DNA of 64,000 nucleotides from assembly GCA_905331295.1 (NCBI GenBank), contig CAJNYD010000132.1, forward strand, positions 198,863 to 262,862. Reading direction: 5' to 3'. Positions 1 to 19,089 of this stretch are shown here, in pieces. Origin of the DNA: Rotaria socialis (taxonomy: Eukaryota). A program made the position numbers and the translations under genes. Every line of letters starts with the position of its first letter. Within the stretch, counting starts at the first letter, position 1. Below the pieces are notes generated by a model. The model ran no database searches. It was not told where the DNA came from and worked only from the letters and a program-made list of their open reading frames with translations.

Positions 1-1425
1 ATGTTTGATCAAATATGCCATAAATTTTACCTCCTTATTGCCTGTTTTACTACGATATTTTGTTGATGCAATATACGATGCTTTCACAGTAAGTACGACC
101 GCATTCATTAAATTTTTAGCTGATGTAATCAACGACGTAGCACTATCAAGCTAAATATATAAGAATCGATTAGAGTTTTTTTTTGCTAACTTAAAACGCA
201 TATAAATAAAGAATACATACACCGCTAACAATTAATTCTCCACTAATATTTTGTACATCTGCTTTGACTTTACTAGTAATATCCAATTGATGACAATATA
301 AAGTAATTCCTTCAAGTAGATAAAGAAAAAAATGACATTGAATATTAATAAAAATGCAAAATAATTTCGTTTTTATTTACGATCAACATAAGCAACAAGG
401 TCCGATTTTGATTGAGATTCAACACACTAGAAAATAAATTATATAAGAAAATCTTCTAGAAGAAAAGAATCGAATCATTTACTTGAGCAGCAATATCTTT
501 GGCTATTTTATTTAATTTCGAACCACATTCAGAAATCATTTTTGCAGCATTAATTACATCCATCGTTGTACGCAGAGGCCCACGACCACTAAAATACATA
601 AATAGAGTATTAATGATCGATAAAATCAATTATTTTATTTGTTAATATATTTTGATTTTTCAATCAAAATTCGTATCCTCTCAAAGTAATGTTTTATTGT
701 TGCCGTACGGAGCAATTTAAAAATTGATGCAAAGCTACTTTTTAAGGAGAGAAAACAGAGATCCCATTCTTTGTTTTAGACTAGATATTTGCTTACCGTG
801 TAAAATCCGTCATTTCCATCATAATCATACACATTTTCTTGGCAAGAACAATGATGTCATTACCACGATCATCCCATTTAAGTACTTCACGTTCAAAGTC
901 ACGTTTTGTTTTTTTAAATCCTTCAACTTGCAATTCAATTTGTTCACGTTCTTCTTTAGGTAATCTTCTCATCATATCCTAATCATCAATTCAAAAAATT
1001 AAATCTTAGCTTAACAGAATTTCAATTATTTTGTTTTCTTATTCATACTCGACTAGGATTATCATTTTTGCCTGGATACATTTCCAGATCAGGTTGCTGA
1101 CTATCTGATGATGGTCCATGACTTGATGCTTGTGATGGAGCATAAATTTCATCATTCATTCCTTCTTCATCATCACTTGGCCATTCAAGATCCTATGACA
1201 AAACAAATTAAATATTCTTCATAAAATGTGTTTATACTAAAAAATAATGATGAGTACATAAATAAGCTCGAGAAATTAGAGCAACCGCAGCCGAAGCGTT
1301 TTTTTTTGTTCACCCTTATCCGTTGTTTACTTTATAAGCATAGTAAAAACTTATGATGATTGGAAAAAACTTACCCTTATATATTATGTCTTTTTACTTT
1401 ATATTTATGTGCTCTCACGTCGATG

Positions 1426-1459
<34 letters not shown>

Positions 1460-4166
1460 CAAAATGAAATGATTAGAAAAACAGATGCTAAATCAGACAA
1501 GTTAATGCTAAATTCTTATAAAATAATCGAAAAAATATGTGCATATATGAGAAAAAAAACTGAGTTGTATTTATGATGTAAATGATAAAGTTAAAAGGAT
1601 TATACATTTCGACTATTATTCATTACTCATTAACTGTCAAAGTTTTCCTAAAAAAAAACTAAAAATCTAACGCTGTATCTTCGATTTATTATGAAATAGA
1701 CTATATTCTTGCGAGTTTTTCTTTTTGTGTTTGCATAAACAGAACTTACATATTGTAACGATTCAATCACTTTTTCTCATTATTAAAATTCATTATCAAA
1801 AAATAACACGTATGCTCCAACAAGGCTTATGATAATATTGAAAAAAAAAGAACATTTATTTCGTATCGACAAATCAATACAATCTACCCTTGGAAAATAT
1901 GAAAATATATCCAACATAAAAATATGATGGGTATAATTCGTATCGCTTAAATTCATCTGCGTAGTGTCGAACTCGGAGTTGTTACTAAGAGAAAAATTTG
2001 TTTAAAAAACAGCAATCTAACTCAGTACAATTGAGTAATAAAAATTGAATCTAACTGATTTTAAAGATCGTTTTATTTCTATGAAAAGTTAATTTCTTCT
2101 CTTCTAATAATTATGAAAGACTATTTATAACAGTCTCATCTGATTTTTCACTTATTCTGTTTGTTTATATTTCACAAGAGAAATGTATATTCTCTATTAA
2201 CTCTATCATTTTAGATCATGCTTGTCTTTTCCTGAGATAAAAAAAATCTGATTAAAAATAATACTGAGTAAGTGCATAAAACAAGTCAATGTGTCTATAA
2301 TTTGTTCAAAATCGTTAATAAATAGTTCTCTTCAGGATAGGTTTCGACGTGCAAGTTAAATCTTCTGTTGATGATGAAAAAATACAATTAAGCGACCGCT
2401 TATTACGTCGTTTTTGTGGTTGCTGTCCCATAACGAGAAAAATCGAACGTACCGGATTCATTAAGACACTATTACGAATATCTCGTATACCATGATAAAC
2501 ACTACTTGATGCTTCAATTAATTCTTGTTCAGTTGCGTCATACTAAATTATTATTTTATATAATAAATGAATTTTTTCAAGGAAAACATTCGTTTCAATT
2601 TACTTTTCCATCATCATATGCTGATTTCATTCGAAGTGTATCAATAGCTATTTTAATACGTTCAGCAAAACTTGGAATAACTAAAAAGAAGAATATATAT
2701 AAGTTATTCATTTCAATTATTCAAATGAGTTAAAAAATCTTTATTTACTTTGATCTCGAAGAACACGAACACTTTCTATGACACCATCCGTATATTCTCC
2801 TGGTTCGTATTTTTCCATTTCTGATGAAACTACATCAATAACACGACCTGATCGTCCTCGAATAGCACCTGCTGTACGATCAACGCCTAAGAAAAAGATA
2901 AACATTGTCCCATTGAATAGAGAAGAAAAAATATATGTATATTTATTAACATACGATCTGGATTTCGTTCCACCATAGCTTGAATGCATAAATTAATATC
3001 TTCAAGAATATGATTTTCCGAAACCGCGAGAAAATCTTCAATTGTTGTTATTTCATCCACAGCTTCAGTTAATAATCTAACATATCTTTCCCATGTATCT
3101 CGAAAAACATCCATATTTTCGAGTGCTACTTTTGATGTTGATCGAGCAGCAAGTATTCGTGCAGCATTAACAACCTAATGAAAAAATAGAAAGAATAATT
3201 TCACATAGTATTTGCTACAATTTAGATTTATACGAACTTGTGGTGATAAATGTTGAATTTGCATAGCAGCTAAACGAACAAGTTTAATACCTTCAACTTG
3301 ATCTGACATGGAACACGCAACATTAGCAACCTAAAATAGAATAACATGTATTTTCTGATCTTATTATTATTTTTTTTTGTTAATTCTATTTATACTTCAA
3401 TTAATTTGCAGGCATGTTCCATAAATATTTGAGCGGTATCTTCAACTAGTTGTACATTACCTCGTCGTGCTGCATCGATTAAAGCAAAAAGTGGAACATT
3501 CGTTGCTACAAATGTATCACTAACATGATCAACAACTGCTTTTCGTAGCTAAAAAACAAAAATTTGATTTTTTAATTAGAACGACAACAAATTATTGTTA
3601 TGTAAAATTCTTAGTTTAAAGAAGAAAAACATTGTATTCTACCGATGTTTCTTTCTTTATTGTTGATGCTACATATGAACACTCGATTGATTCGCTTGAT
3701 GATGATGATTCTCGATACATTTTAACACATGTAGCTGTATGTTCTGGATCTTGTGCGGTAGCGCATAAGTAAACATACATTGTTTTTCTTCTTTTTTATT
3801 TTATCGTTAAGTTTTTCTATTTGAATTAATGTGAACTTAATCTTAAAGTTGAGGTCATAATAGATTTATATGAACTGGTAGAACATATTAATCAATTAAT
3901 AGTTTGTAGTCAGGCGAAATGACGATGAAGAAAATAATGCAATGTGACAATATGTATTTCGACGTTTACTGAATGAATCTTATGACAATTAGAATATGTA
4001 CTGAAGTAAACGTGCGCCCTTTTACTCTTCCTGTCTTCTCGTTTTCTTCTACGAGACGCCTATCAAACGGGCAGGTATACACATGCATATAATTGAGCAC
4101 AGAAAAGAAAAGGAGGAGAAAGTGAGAAAAGATTTTGATGAACAACAGACAAAGAAATTAGTTCAT

Positions 4167-4197
<31 letters not shown>

Positions 4198-6634
4198 GTA
4201 TACAAAGATTTAGTATATATATATATACATGTATATATATGTGTATATTGCTTCGTTTTCTTTTTTTTTGCATGACCTCTTGAATAAAGAGGAGAAACAA
4301 CATACGAGCAATCGATCAACATTAATCCTATTCTATCACAGTAACAGAGTTTTAGTTGAAAAGAATTTATTTACCTGTTTTCTTAGGTCATGCGTTTTTG
4401 TTTGCATTGTTTGAATTTTTGTATTAACATTTTCCTCTGAACTTCTCTTTTTCGACTGAAATCATAACATGCAAAATATTTCAATTATTTCAATGACATC
4501 ATTAAAAAACAATGAGCAAACGTTCGTTCGTTCGTTCGTTTGTTAACTTACAAATTGTATATATTCATCAAGTAAATCTTGAAGAGACTGTCGTACAGCA
4601 TTACACTCTTGAACAATTCGATCACGACGATCTTCACGTGTTGATAATGAGTCAGCTAACAACGCTGCGCCTGATATTATACTTTCAAGACGTTCTTCAA
4701 GTTGTGGACGAATAACTTGTTCATTAAATTTTTGTGGTTTCATCATAACAATACGCTAAATAAATATTTAATTTCTTTTCTTTGTAAATTTTAAACAAAC
4801 AAAAAAGATAATGTGTTTACATCAAATTCATTCAATGCTCGTGTTAAATCTCCAACAGAACTTAATGATGAATCTAATTTTAATGATTGTGTTGGTGGTA
4901 TTGATCGTCCTTGTGTAACAGATGAGATAATTCCAACAGCATCACGAACTTGATTATAGACGAAATCTCGATTTTCACGTGCAAATGGAAGTTCTGGATG
5001 GCGTAAATAAGCTTTCGAAGCAGTTAACAACATCATTGATGTTCCTTTTATTGTACCACGTGCAGCTGCTAAATTCTCTTGTTCAATACGATCAACTAAG
5101 TCCTTGAAAACAAAACGAGAACATTTTTTTGTTTTGTTTAAGAAAAAAGAAAGATCTTTACATGTTGACGTCGTTGAGCATGTTGGCTTAAATCGATGAT
5201 ATCTTTACCATATTGTTTATAGAAATGAACTAATTCTTCTTGATTGGATGCATCATGTATATGTTGTAAATCATCTTCAACCTATATATTTTTTTAAATA
5301 AAAATAAAAATAAAATATAATGCAAACATACTAATCGAATTGATTTCAAAATCAATTGTACATCAACAAGATCAGCTAAGATAAGTAAATGAGTCACTGA
5401 TGTAAGTAGAGCTCGTGCTGCAACAATCATTTGTTGACGTTTTGGTTTCGAACATGGATCATCAGCAAATTCTTTTGATAAAACTGCCATTTCATCACCT
5501 ATGAGTTATTTTTGGGGTATTGATTAAAATTTTAGAAAAACAAAGCAGTTGAAGGTTTTCTTATTTTTACCTGTTCGTTTAACGTCTTCCATACTTTGTA
5601 ATAGATCATTACGCATCTCAGGATTTTCATGAGCGATTTCACTTGCTTTATGAATAAAATTTTCTATTGCCTGAACAACATTAGTAACAAGTAGATGAGC
5701 TCGTTTCGATCGACCCTTTTTGTTGTTTGATGGTTGATCGGATATTAATGAAGTTACCTAAATATATATATATAGATATCCTAAATTATGTCATATTATT
5801 TCGAATTTCATTTGCATATATGTACATTTTAGATACAAAAAATTCATGAAATTCTATTGGTACCATATTTAGTCTACTTTCAATTATTGTCACATATGTT
5901 ACAATTCAAGGTTATCTCTCTTGACACATGATCGATAGTTAGTGTTGAAATATATTCGATAGAAATTCACTACGCTAGCAGAATGTTTCGATAAATGATT
6001 AAAAACTGTGTACTCAGCATAGAATGTCAACTATTTTGTTATTGAATTTTTGAAGTATCAATTACAAAAAGATACTTTAAAGATTTATTCCAAAATATTT
6101 ACAACATTTCTGTATCTAACAAAAGCAAATAAATCATGTTTCATATTTTATGTTCACAGAAGTTTCACTAACATGTATCTTTTAATAAAACTAGAATATT
6201 TTCAGAAGACGACTTGAATATTGATAATATTAATTAACATTTTGAGTTGTCAAATGAATAGAAAAAAACAAATCGAATATCTTAAGAATTCATTTCATTA
6301 CATTAAATAATTCTTATTTGCAATATCAAACTTAATCAAATCTTATTATTTTTCTTTTCTTCTCTCTCTATATCAGCCAACAACTATTAGATTCATAAAT
6401 TCTATTCATTACGCATCATTATTCCTGTAAGTATATTCTTAAAATTGCATAAATTATGTTAAGATATCAAAAGAAATATATTGTAAATTCAATTGTCTTT
6501 TTTCTTCTCAATGGCTACCTATCTTAATAATTACAAACCTGTGCTACAAGTGGATCCAATGTTCGTTGTACAGACCATGTTTTTATTTGTGCATCCATAG
6601 GATTGAATTTAGTGCCATAGATATGTGTACTCAT
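1..6634 (-). CDS. CTNNA: Alpha-catenin, multi-exon; 3' end lies beyond position 1
   Basis: Spliced translation from ATG 6634 gives MSTHIYGTKFNPMDAQIKTWSVQRTLDPLVAQ|VTSL..KKGRSKRAH, EFADDPCSKPKRQQMIVAARALL, LEERLESIISGAALLADS, LRKAVVDHV, KWDDRGNDIIVLAKKMCMIMMEMTDFTR|GRGPL and SAKNLMNAVVLTVKASY. All are alpha-catenin signatures, and the GT-AG introns are in phase. Confidence 0.96.
1426..1459. repeat. Compound (TA)n(GA)n microsatellite, intronic
   Basis: Directly visible TATATA...AGAGAG tract. Confidence 0.9.
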
Positions 6635-7847
6635 TGTAATCGATATTTATCAATCTATTTCAAGCGAAAAAAAAACGAAATCAACCAGTGAGACATTTTC
6701 CAAAGAGAAAAAAAAGAATGACAGCACAGTAATAAAAAAGTGAATTTTCTTTTTTCTTTCTTGACCGACTGTAATCAACAAATAAGCGCATGTCAATAGA
6801 AAAAAAACAGAACATTCGCCAAATTTTTTCGCCAATCCGAACTGCTAAAATTTGTCGTTTTGATTGGCCGACAAATCTGACTATCGATTTTTCTGTTACA
6901 AAGAAGCTATTTTGCATATATCAATCCAAAATATCAGAAAATACGGCATAGCATTGACTGGAGCGACCTCTAGTAGGAGAATGTACCCGCTTCTAGTTAG
7001 TCAATAGAACATCGACATACACATATTCATTCATCTGTTTGTGTTTTATTTTATTTGTTTTTTTACTACACGGTTTTTTGTTTTCTATGATCATCGATTC
7101 ATTATTCACTCCACTAAGGGTAAGCGTGACAGTATCATATGAGCTGTCTCTTTTTTTCTACGCATTTGTTTTATAAACAATATATATGATTTGACCTTCG
7201 AACATTCGATTAAATACTGATGTTAAATAAATTTCATCAGATGAATTGGTAGATATTTTATCGGCTGAAACTAATATTTACATAATGTTAGTCATAGCTA
7301 CAATAGAAGAATGACCTTCGTAAACTTTACTCGTTCAATGTTTATCAGGGTTACTTGATAATTGTAGGAATATTATGTCAATTAAGTATTATAACCTTAT
7401 CGAATAATTACAAAAGTATTCATGAAAATAGTATTGATGAGTCTAGGTAGTTCCAAGGTAAGTTTAACAATAAAGAGTCACCATTTGCCGAATCGCCTTT
7501 ATACGTATATATATATATATATATTAGAACCTAAAAGAACAAGAGCTACCATAAAATAATATATTCACTCACGAACACGGGTGCCCTTTCTTACTGTTGC
7601 TATCATGGATTTTTTTAATGGATGCAGAAGAGAAAAACTTGTTTATATTTTAGATAATCTATCGTATTGTTCTATTTCATAACCTTGTGCGACGATGATA
7701 AAAACGTCGTAATCTATGTTGTGAAGAAAAAGTTAAAACAAATAACAATTTGATTAGGTAAATCAATATATTCTTTTTATAGAAATAATTAATTTAATTT
7801 TGAAATTGTATTCTTATTCTTTTTTTTCATACTTCTTAGAAGGAATT
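6635..7847. promoter_or_regulatory. Divergent promoter/5'UTR region between alpha-catenin and cullin-2
   Basis: Head-to-head genes. CCAAT at 6832-6836 and inverted ATTGG at 6863-6867. CTCF-like GCGACCTCTAGTAG at 6963-6976. Likely cul2 5'UTR donor GTAAGC at ~7120 and acceptor at ~7839. Confidence 0.55.
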
Positions 7848-12558
<4,711 letters not shown>

Positions 12559-15500
12559 ATCATTTATTTATACATAAAACAGAACATTGTTTTTTCTTCT
12601 CTCATCCCTTTACACTTGCAAAATCGAATTCAGTCCATAAAAAAAACTGCGATTTTTCTGTTCAAAACTAATTTATTAATATTCAGTTTATATCTTCGAT
12701 TCTCTTTTGCATCTACACACATATATGTATCTATCAACAAGACTTAAATTTACTTTGATGTATTCATATTATTTCTCCTTGATGTGTGTGCAATGATGAT
12801 TATATAGGATGGAAATTTATTAAGAATGAAAGAGCAAGTGGAATGTTTATTTTGAACAACTTTAAGAACAGTGTTGACAACTGTTTACTAAATGATTTAT
12901 TGTCTTTCTCTCCATAGGTTGACGTGTGTATGCATAATAAGGGTTTGAATTATTTTTCTACTTTCAGTGTTCTATCGTACTTAATCTTCTTCTGTTTTCT
13001 GTTTGTTTGTTTGTTTGTTTGTTCATTTCTTTTGCCCTTGTCTTTCGATTTTCTTTGACTAAATAAACTTATAAACGTCTAAAAAAAGCATAAATGTATT
13101 CGCTAACTATGATCGATAGTGGACAAAAAACAAATTCTATTGACTTCTATAGTTTTAACTATATTGTAAAATAAATATATCGAGAATTTCATAAAAAATT
13201 TCAGCGAACATTTTTTCTGTCGTCGATCGAACAAAGTTCGAAATATAAAATCTTCCTAAATACTAATTAACACATAAACGATCATAGACAAGAATCTATT
13301 AGACAATGATCAAATATATTATATTGATTTAGCATTTTTGATTCCGTTATGTCCTGTTTGTTAAACAGATTTCAATCGATCTTGTTCAAGAATTTCCGGA
13401 TAATAATAAAATATCGCTTCTATTATTCATAGATAAACAGATGCTCATATAAAAATTGCACTTTTTGACTTATCAATACATGTATGAAAAAAAAATACAT
13501 ATAGCGGAGAGATATCCATGAATGGTATTGAAATGGGTAGTAGCTAATGAAAGTCTATGAAGACAAAGTCGGAAAAACTTAAAATGTTATTTCACCAATA
13601 TTTCAAATATCGTTATGATATTTTCTGATTAATTGAAATACGTAGTATTTTTAATTGTACTCAACTACGCAACTAATATTGACTCTATAGAGAAAATACA
13701 AAACATGACTTTTATTATTATTTATAACTACGTTCACTGTTAACATCATGCCTCGATGTTACTTATGTGATAATTATTTTATATAGTCATTTTCCGGTAT
13801 AAATTAGAATGATATTAAATATTAAGATTTCATTTTCTCTTTATGTTTTACGGGTTGAATTGCTCCAACTATGTCAAAGATACCAAAAATGTCTTTTTTA
13901 CCTAGATACCTCTGACAACATGTGGGATTTTTCACATCGAATGAAATCTGTATTTTCTGATATACATAAAAGAGAGAGAGAGTTCGATAGGTTTATATAA
14001 CAGAGATTAAATATCATATATTCTGACTACAAGAAGATCTTTATCTCTTTCTACGGACCTTTGTATTCTAATATCATTTTTCGTTTCGTTTCTTAGTTTT
14101 ATTCGCATCAATATAACAGTGATTCACGTATATTTATATGAAATGAAAAATTATACTGAATACATTCATCATGATACCAGAATATTTCTTGTTTATTTGG
14201 CTCTTCTCTTATTGGAAAATTTATCCTTTCATTGCAACTTCATTTTACTGGCATAAATGTATGAATAATATTTCTATATATTTGAATGCGCCGGCTACAG
14301 TTATCATATATGATAAAATATGTACACGTATTTTATTGATACAACCCGATATTATCTTTTTGAAAACAATTCGGTTTCTTACATAATTTTACTGATATTT
14401 CATCTTGAGTGGCTATCTAAATTGATTTCGAATATAAACGAATATCTCGAAAATAACATTTTTGTACAACAGTTTCTAGAGAATGATTTCGTTTTACTAG
14501 TTTTTTTTGAATTCCTACATGTTGTTGCTAAGTTTTAGGGATAGATTTCGTTTTCATTTCTATTATTTTCAATATCAGCATGAACGTGTATGGGCGCTGT
14601 CTGGTAGATTCAGCGATTGACTTGTTTTTAGCTTCCTTTTTCTTTTATTTAAGATTCATAATTTATCTATCTATATGTACAGTGTCCTGTATATTCCACC
14701 ATATATATAGCTTAGGGTTTTATTTTATTTTGAAACTCACAATTTATAGATACTAGCACACTATTCTGATTAACAGAAATCTTTAGTTTTAGTTTTTTTT
14801 TCTGTGATATCAACATTAGCCTTCAATGATTAATTTTTGTGTTCGAATTTGAGATCAAACTTTTTACTGCACACATTTATTATAATACGTAGATACCTAT
14901 GTTGTAACAAACATGATACATTAAATGACACTAAAACTTATAAAAGCTTCTGCAGTAGCGATAAGGCTCTAACGAGTAGAAGAGCCCATCTATAGTTAGA
15001 TCGCTGAGAATCAAGTCCAACGAAAGGTCTCTGGGAGAAACGAAAAGTTTCATTACGAAAAATAACAATGACGAGTAGATAATAGAAAAGTAGAATAGTA
15101 TTGTATCATGTCAATATAATAAAGTTTCGACTTTTTCCCTTGATTAGTAAAGTCCTTCTATCCGTTAGTGAACTTTGTGTAGAGTGAACATTTTTAGGAT
15201 CGTTGACAGTCCTCCCTCGTCACCTTTGTTCGTATAAAATGAGACAGAAGATTTGTGAGAGAATCCCAATTTTCAAATATATCTGTTTTCTTTCAGTTTG
15301 TTTTTCTCGGTCATTCTGCTTTGTTATATCTGTGATCATCAAAAATCTTCGTTCATTGAATAATATTTCTCTTTTTCTAGCTAACTGCTAAATATCAACA
15401 GATAATTTTAGCTTTCACTATTCATTTCATAACATACAACGATACAATTATTGATTTATTATGAATAATCATTTGATATGCTTGATTATCTAGTTAGATA

Positions 15501-15787
15501 ATTTCAAATAAAAATATGTTTATGAAAACTACATCTATTGTACGATTTAATCTGTCATTACTTCATCAGTTTCTCCACTATGAATGATAATTATCGTGGT
15601 AACTTCATCATTCTATGATTGGCTAGAATTTTTAGCGAATCATATTTGCCAAAAGTAAAAAACACTCGATGATATGATGATGATCGGTAATAATTTTTTT
15701 TTCTATAATCATCATCAACAGTTGTTTATTGTTATTTTTTTATTTTTTTAAATTCTATTCATTAAAATTTTTTATTCAATATTTTAG

Positions 15788-18700
15788 ATGGCAGATAGTA
15801 TGCAAGAAGAAAGCAATCATTATGATGTTAAACAATGGCAACATTGTTCACTATTTAATTTAGATTTATTTAATGATGAACATGATCATTTAAATATAAA
15901 TAAAGATATAATTAACAATATCAATATTGATGGATGTTGTTGTTCATTATCAACACCAAATGTTGATGATTCATCTCGAAAAAAATATTTAAATCATTCA
16001 TGTTCATTTGCTGTTCTACAAAAAAATTATACAACTCAACTTGAACATGTTGCTGAAAAATTACTATCAAATGAAACTAGTACAATAAATCATTGTTGTT
16101 GCTGTTCAATATATGAAACAAATGATACTAAAGCACAATCACTTAATCGAAAGATTCTTCTTGGTTCAACAGCTATTCTTGATAATTTCCTTCGAAATAA
16201 TCTTAAAACATCGTTACTTACTAATTCAAATAATCCTTCATCATCTTCATCAGCAGCAACAACAACAGCAACAACAACAACAAATATCAATATAACATCA
16301 ACAGTTACTGCTAGTAGTAATAATCCAAGACGATGGCATTCCGAACGAGGTAGTCGTCATACAAATGTTCGTGCTAATTTACCATTAACAATAGCTCAAC
16401 GTCAAGTGCTCGAACGCTATATGAATTATCCAATTATTAAGCGACCAACAAACATTCATTCGAATCATCGATCACATCATCGTCAACCAATAACAGGAAA
16501 AGTTATTGAAAATACTGGAGCAGCTCTTTCTACTCTTACTGAACAATCATTAAACACAACAACACCAATGGTTAATACTACGATGCATGTTCGAAAAAAT
16601 AGTACATCATTAAATAATACACATCAACGTCAAGTCTGTTCAAATTTATCATCAACTACAGCTCATCATAGTACATTAAATAGACAATTGTTTCTGGTTG
16701 ATAAAATGGAAGATTCACAAAATGATAATAACCATGAACATCAGTCAATATCATCATCGCAACTTGATGAACATCATGAATTATCAATTCTACCCGAAAC
16801 ATTAAATTCTCATTCGAATTTATCTGAAACATTATCTCCATGTACGATTTGTTGCGAATTGAAATGTTTACAAAAACGACCATGTTGCAATTTTTATGTC
16901 TGTTCAACATGTATAAGTGTTTATGTTGAACAAAAGATAGAACAAGGTATGATTAGTATACAATGTCCAAATCAACAATGTCATATGTTTATGCATCGAG
17001 ACGAAATACATAAACGTTGCATATCACCAGAAATACGACAGAAATTCACACGATTTTTAATTGAGAATAATCGTTCAATCAATATCAAAACATGTCCAAG
17101 ATGTTCAAATATACATGAAATAGGTATTAAGGAAATACAAGTGATTTTTTGACTATATAGAACTAATACTTTTTAATTATAGATGTTGAATTATGTCGAT
17201 CAATGCGACAAGCACCAACAAAAGTTCAATGCGTAGAATGTAATTTAATTTGGTGTTTTCAATGTCATTCACCATGGCATGATGGCATACAATGTAAAGA
17301 ATTTCGTCGTGGTGATCGAATGTTAAAAAAATGGGCCAGTGAAGTCCACTATGGACAACATAATGCACAACAGTGTCCATCATGCAAAGTGAATATCTTA
17401 ATCTTATCAGTTAACTTTTATTTATTTATTTATTTATTATAGGTTTATATTCAAAGAACTAATGGATGTGATCATATAGTTTGTCTTCGCTGTAAAACTG
17501 AATTTTGTTATAAATGTGGCGATCGTTTTCGCGATATTAAATTTATAGGTTTGTATTTAAATTTCCTTTTACAATATTGACTGAAGTTCAATTGAATAAA
17601 AGGTTTTAGGTTACAGAGAAGTTGTATGAGAGAGGTTATGATAAACGTTTCAATCTTATGTCATGTTTTTTTTCTTACACTTAAAAAGCATTTTTCTTAA
17701 AAATAGTTCACCTTAAAGATTTAGTTTCGATACATTTGAAATAGTATCTCAAATTAGAGTACCTTTGTCTTTTAAAACTTTTTTGTGCGAATAACAGAAA
17801 TGATATATTTAAAAAGTCATAAAATATTGTATTTTCATATAAATATGAGAAACATCAACACTGATTACAATATAGTCTTCTCAGATAATCTACGATGTAG
17901 GTTAAAAAAAAGCCATCTCATTTTAAGTACAAAATGACATCAAAACTTATCAGTCCTTAGCATACATTCATCTCAACAATATGAAGTAAATAATCTAATA
18001 TTTGAACTTGATTTGTTCTAGGCGATCATTATAGTGAATTGAGTGTTCTTGGTTGCAAATATCGCTTTTATCCAGATAATCCATTAAAACGTCGACTTAT
18101 ACGTGGTTCAATTCTCGGTGGAAAGATTCTGGCTGCACCAATCGTTTTGTGTTTAGCAGTTGTAACTGGTGCCGTGTGTGCTAGTATTGGCTTTCCAGCT
18201 TATTGTTGTTTTATGCTTGTTCGACAAATTAAAGTAGAAATCTTGTTTTCGTTAAATATTTCCACAATTGGAATTCATATTTTCAGGCTAGCCGACGAAA
18301 ACATCGTCTTGCAACAGCAAAAGAACCTGTTTTAATGAGTTGTAAGTTTTAAATCAAATCTTCTAGAAATAAATGATTTAATTTTTATTTCAGATAAAGC
18401 ATTGAATAATACTGTACCACAATTAATTCCACGCGAGCCGATAAATATGAACGGTATTAAACCAGGATTTAATTCAATTCGATCAATTATTCCCAATCAT
18501 AATGGTATTGAAATCGATCTACCGAGTAATGCACCAATTGCTATTTTTGATGGTAAAAATATTTCAATTTAATATTTTATGCAAAGGTTCACTTGTTTGT
18601 TTTTTAGAATGTGATATTCATATTTCAACAAATCAAAAAGTTTCATTATGAAAATAAAACTTTCCTTTTCAATATTTTTCTTTCTTCTCCAGATGAGCTA

Positions 18701-18796
18701 ACGATAAATCCCATAGATTCATCATCAATTCATTTTCCCACATTAATCTCATTTACAAGATTGCGCACATCAATCTCAAAATCAAATGAACAATAA
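15788..18796 (+). CDS. RNF217: RBR E3 ubiquitin ligase, RNF217-like, with C-terminal TM segment; last exon uncertain (possible stops at 18572, ~18651 or 18796)
   Basis: RING1 (CTICC..CC..CSTC..CP), IBR (CPRC..CVECNLIWCFQCHSPWHDG), RING2 (CPSCK|VYIQRTNGCDHIVCLRCKTEFCYKCG), then GDHYSELSVLGCKYRFYPDNPLKRRLIRGS plus a hydrophobic helix, typical of RNF217. Confidence 0.88.
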
Positions 18797-19089
18797 AGAA
18801 AAATTCTCGTCCATCTATTTTGTTTTAATTTTAAGAGAAATTATTTTATTGTAACAGATAGTTTGTATATATATATATTTTATTTATTTATGTATCCATA
18901 TAACTTCTAATGATTCAGTTTCATCCTAGTCACTTGTCGTAGTTCTATTTTATGCAGTATGTTTCTTCTTTTGTTTTCTTTGTTCTTCAAAAAAAAAAAA
19001 AAACAGTATGTTCAGCTTTTGCTGTTGTATTTAATTATTATAACTACATATAAATATAATATTTTTTTTTCTATATAAAAACAACAAAG

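Noticed and set aside
1850..1990. Possible extra alpha-catenin exon after a TTTTTCTCTTAG acceptor (minus strand)
   Set aside because: In the required phase 0 the first codon is TAA; there is no support for a coding exon.
14995..15060. CTGAGAA...CGAAA hammerhead-like sequence
   Set aside because: The core is not CTGANGA and the stems do not pair.
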